NCBI GenBank assembly: GCA_964016885.1
Contig: OZ024755.1
Span: 40,610,001-40,674,000, forward strand
From: Eledone cirrhosa
Taxonomy: Eukaryota
DNA: 64,000 nt
Direction: 5' to 3'
Program-made: the position numbers and the translations under genes
Notes under the pieces: generated by a model
What the model saw: the letters and a program-made list of their open reading frames with translations, nothing else
Database searches by the model: none
Told to the model about the DNA's origin: nothing
Shown: piece after piece, positions 60,846-64,000 of the stretch
How the letters are laid out: each line of letters starts with the position of its first letter
How positions within the stretch are numbered: position 1 is the first letter of the stretch

Positions 60846-61059
60846 TTATATAGGATGTGTTGGGCTCTCAATATGTAATCTAAACGACTAATTCTGGTTT
60901 TAAAAATATGGCTGTGTGGTGTGTAGTTGTGTGGTTCTGTGGTTTTGTGAGTATGTGTGTGTGGTGTGTTAATACCTTTGTAGTGTGTGTGTAGCGTATG
61001 TGTTCGGTTATGTGTGTGTGTGTGTGTGTTAGCGCCTTTGCGGTGTGTGTGTGTGGTGT

Positions 61060-64000
61060 GTGTGCTAGGCGTGTGCTAGGTGTGTGTGCTAGGTGTGTGC
61101 TAGATGTGTGTGCTAGGTGTGTGCTAGGTGTGTGCTAGATGTGTGTGCTAGGTGTGTGTTAGGTGTGTGTGCTAGGTGTGTGTGCTAGGTGTGTGCTAGG
61201 TGTGTGCTAGGTGTGTGTGCTAGGTGTGTGTGCTAGGTGTATGTGCTAGGTGTGTGCTAGGTGTGTGTGCTAGGTGTGTGCTAGGTGTGTGCTAGGTATG
61301 TGTGCTAGGTGTGTGCTAGGTGTGTGTGCTATGTGTGTGCTATGTGTGTGCTAGGGGTGTGCTAGGGGTGTGCTAGGTGTGTGTGCTAGGTGTGTGCTAG
61401 GCGTGTGCTAGGCGTGTGTGCTAGGCGTGTGCTAGGCGTGTGCTAGGTGTGTGTGCTAGGCGTGTGCTAGGCGTGTGCTAGGTGTGTGTGCTAGGTGTGT
61501 GCTAGGTGTGTGTGCTAGGGGTATGTGCTAGGTGTGTGCTAGGTGTGTGTGCTAGGCGTGTGCTAGGCGTGTGCTAGGTGTGTGTGCTAGGCGTGTGCTA
61601 GATGTGTGTGCTAGGTGTGTGCTAGGTGTGTGTACTAGGTGTGTGTGCTAGGTGTGTGCTAGGTGTGTGCTAGGTGTGTGCTAGGGGTATGTGCTAGGTG
61701 TGTGCTAGGTGTGTGCTAGGTGTGTGTGCTAGGTGTGTGCTAGGTGTGTGTGCTAGGTGTGTGTGCTAGGTGTGTGCTAGGTGTGTGCTAGGTATGTGTG
61801 CTAGGTGTGTGTGCAAGGTGTGGGCTAGGTGTGTATACTAGATGTGTGTGCTAGGTGTGTGATAGGTGTGTGTGATAGGTGTGTGCTAGGTGTGTGCTGG
61901 GTGTGTGCTAGGTGTGTGCTAGGTATGTGTGCTAGGTGTGTGTTAGGTGTGTGCTAGGTGTGTGCTAGGTGTGTGCTAGGTGTGTGCTAGGTGTGTGCTA
62001 GGTATGTGTGCTAGGTGTGTGTTAGGTGTGTGCTAGGTGTGTGCTAGGTGTGTGTGCTAAGTGTGTGTTAGGCGTGTGCTAGGTGTGTGTGCTAGGCGTG
62101 TGCTAGGTGTATGTGCTAGGTGTGTGCTAGGTGTGTGATAGGTGTGTGTGCTAGGTATGTGCTAGGTGTGTGCTAGGTGTGTGCTAGATGTGTGTGCTAG
62201 GTGTGTGCTAGGTGTGTGTTAGGTGTGTGTGCTATGTGTGTGCTAGATATGTGTGCTAGGTGTGTTTGTTAGGTGTGTGCTAGGTGTGTGCTAGGTGTGT
62301 GTGCTAGGTATGTGCTAGGTGTGTGCTAGGTGTATGTGCTAGGTGTGTGCTAGGTGTGTGCTAGGTGTGTGTGCTAGGAGTATGCTAGATTTGTGTGCTA
62401 GGTGTGTGCTAGGTGTGTGTGCTAGGTGTGTGTGCTAGGTGTGTGCTAGGTGTGTGCTAGGTGTGTACTAGGTGTGAACTAGGTGTGTGTTAGGTGTGTG
62501 CTAGGTGTGTGTGCTATGTGTGTGCTAGGTGTGTGTGTTAGGTAAGTGCTAGGTGTGTGCTAGGTGTATGTGCTAGGTGTGTACTAGGTGTGTGCTAGGT
62601 GTGTGTGCTAGGTATCTGTTAGGTGTGTGCTAGGTGTGTGCTAGATGTGTGTGCTAGGTGTGTGCTAGGTGTGTGTGCTATGTGTGTACTAGGTGTGTGT
62701 GCTAGGTGTGTGCTAGGTGTGTGTGCTAGGTGTGTGTGTTATGTGTGTGCTAGGTGTGTGCTAGTTGTGTGTGCTAGGTATGTGCTAGGTGTGTGCTAGG
62801 TGTGTGCTAGGTGTGTGCTAGGTGTGTATGCTAGGTATGTGCTAGGTGTGTGTGCTAGGAGTGTGCTAGGTGTGTGTGCTAGGTGTGTGCTAGGTGTGTG
62901 CTAGGTGTGTGCTAGGTGTCTGTGCTAGGTGTGTGTGCTAGGTGTGTGCTAGGTGTGTGCTAGGTGTGTGCTAGGTGTGTACTAGGTGTGAGCTAGGTGT
63001 GTGCTAGATGTGTGCTAGGTGTGTGTGCTAGGTGTGTGTGCTAGGTCTGTATGCTAGGTGTGTGTGCTAGGTGTGTGCTAGGTGTGTGCTAGGTGTGTGC
63101 TAGGTGTGTGCTAGGTGTGTGTGCTAGGTGTATGTGCTAGGTGTGTGCTAGGTGTGTGTGCTAGGTGTGTGCTAGGTGTGTGTGTTATGTGTGTGCTATG
63201 TGTGTGCTAGGGGTGTGCTAGGTGTGTGCTAGGCGTGTGTGCTAGGCGTGTGCTAGGCGCGTGCTAGGTGTGTGTGCTAGGTGTGTGCTAGGTGTGTGCT
63301 AGGTTTGTGCTAGGTGTGTGTGCTAGGTGTATGTGCTAGGTGTGTGCTAGGTGTGTGTGCTAGGTGTGTGCTAGGTGTGTGCTAGGTGTGTGTGCTAGGT
63401 GTGTGCTAGGTGTGTGTGCTATGTGTGTGCTATGTGTGTGCTAGGGGTGTGCTAGGGGTGTGCTAGGTGTGTGTGCTAGGTGTGTGCTAGGCGTGTGCTA
63501 GGCGTGTGTGCTAGGCGTGTGCTAGGCGTGTGCTAGGTGTGTGTGCTAGGCGTGTGCTAGGCGTGTGCTAGGTGTGTGTGCTAGGTGTGTGCTAGGTGTG
63601 TGTGCTAGGGGTATGTGCTAGGTGTGTGCTAGGTGTGTGCTAGGGGTATGTGCTAGGTGTGTGCTAGGCGTGTGCTAGGCGTGTGCTAGGTGTGTGTGCT
63701 AGGCGTGTGCTAGGCGTGTGCTAGGTGTGTGTGCTAGGCGTGTGCTAGATGTGTGTGCTAGGTGTGTGCTAGGTGTGTGTGCTAGGTGTGTGTGCTAGGT
63801 GTGTGCTAGGTGTGTGCTAGGTGTGTGCTAGGGGTATGTGCTAGGTGTGTGCTAGGTGTGTGCTAGGTGTGTGTGCTAGGTGTGTGCTAGGTGTGTGTGC
63901 TAGGTGTGTGTGCTAGGTGTGTGCTAGGTGTGTGCTAGGTATGTGTGCTAGGTGTGTGTGCTAGGTGTGGGCTAGGTGTGTATACTAGATGTGTGTGCTA
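61060..64000. repeat. 11/13-bp GCTAGGTGTGT(GT) satellite, second array start
   Basis: Variant pattern parallels 32378 onward. Confidence 0.97.

Larger units (their letters stand above)
57841..64000 (+). repeat. Near-identical second copy of ~29.3-35 kb (haplotypic or segmental duplication)
   Basis: Same order of GA composite, SINE, 44-mer, GGT, tRNA half, transposon, SINE and satellite; offset 28679 in the transposon region. Confidence 0.95.

Overview
Eukaryotic, gene-free, repeat-saturated DNA. The tRNA-derived SINEs resemble octopus SINE families, so an octopod cephalopod is the likely source (inference). About 70% of the window is satellite: 41-bp, 12-bp CAGTCTCTCTGT and a 25-kb 11/13-bp GCTAGGTGTGT(GT) array. 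A 200-N gap is followed by a near-copy of 29.3-35 kb. Nearly all ORFs in the supplied track are repeat artefacts. The only recognisable protein-coding relics are a Penelope-like (PLE) RT-thumb/GIY-YIG fragment, an RTE LINE C-terminus and a Chapaev3-like transposase (two copies). The main signal is a dense cluster of type I hammerhead ribozymes (HHR) at 18.2-26.6 kb. Its centre is a 6.1-copy, near-identical 310-bp tandem array in which each unit carries one HHR in a highly self-complementary sequence, the architecture of a non-LTR retrozyme. Nearby are a second ~360-bp HHR unit, circularly permuted between two copies and fused to the PLE fragment, and further HHR-bearing relics. All calls were made by eye; no searches or folding programs were run.
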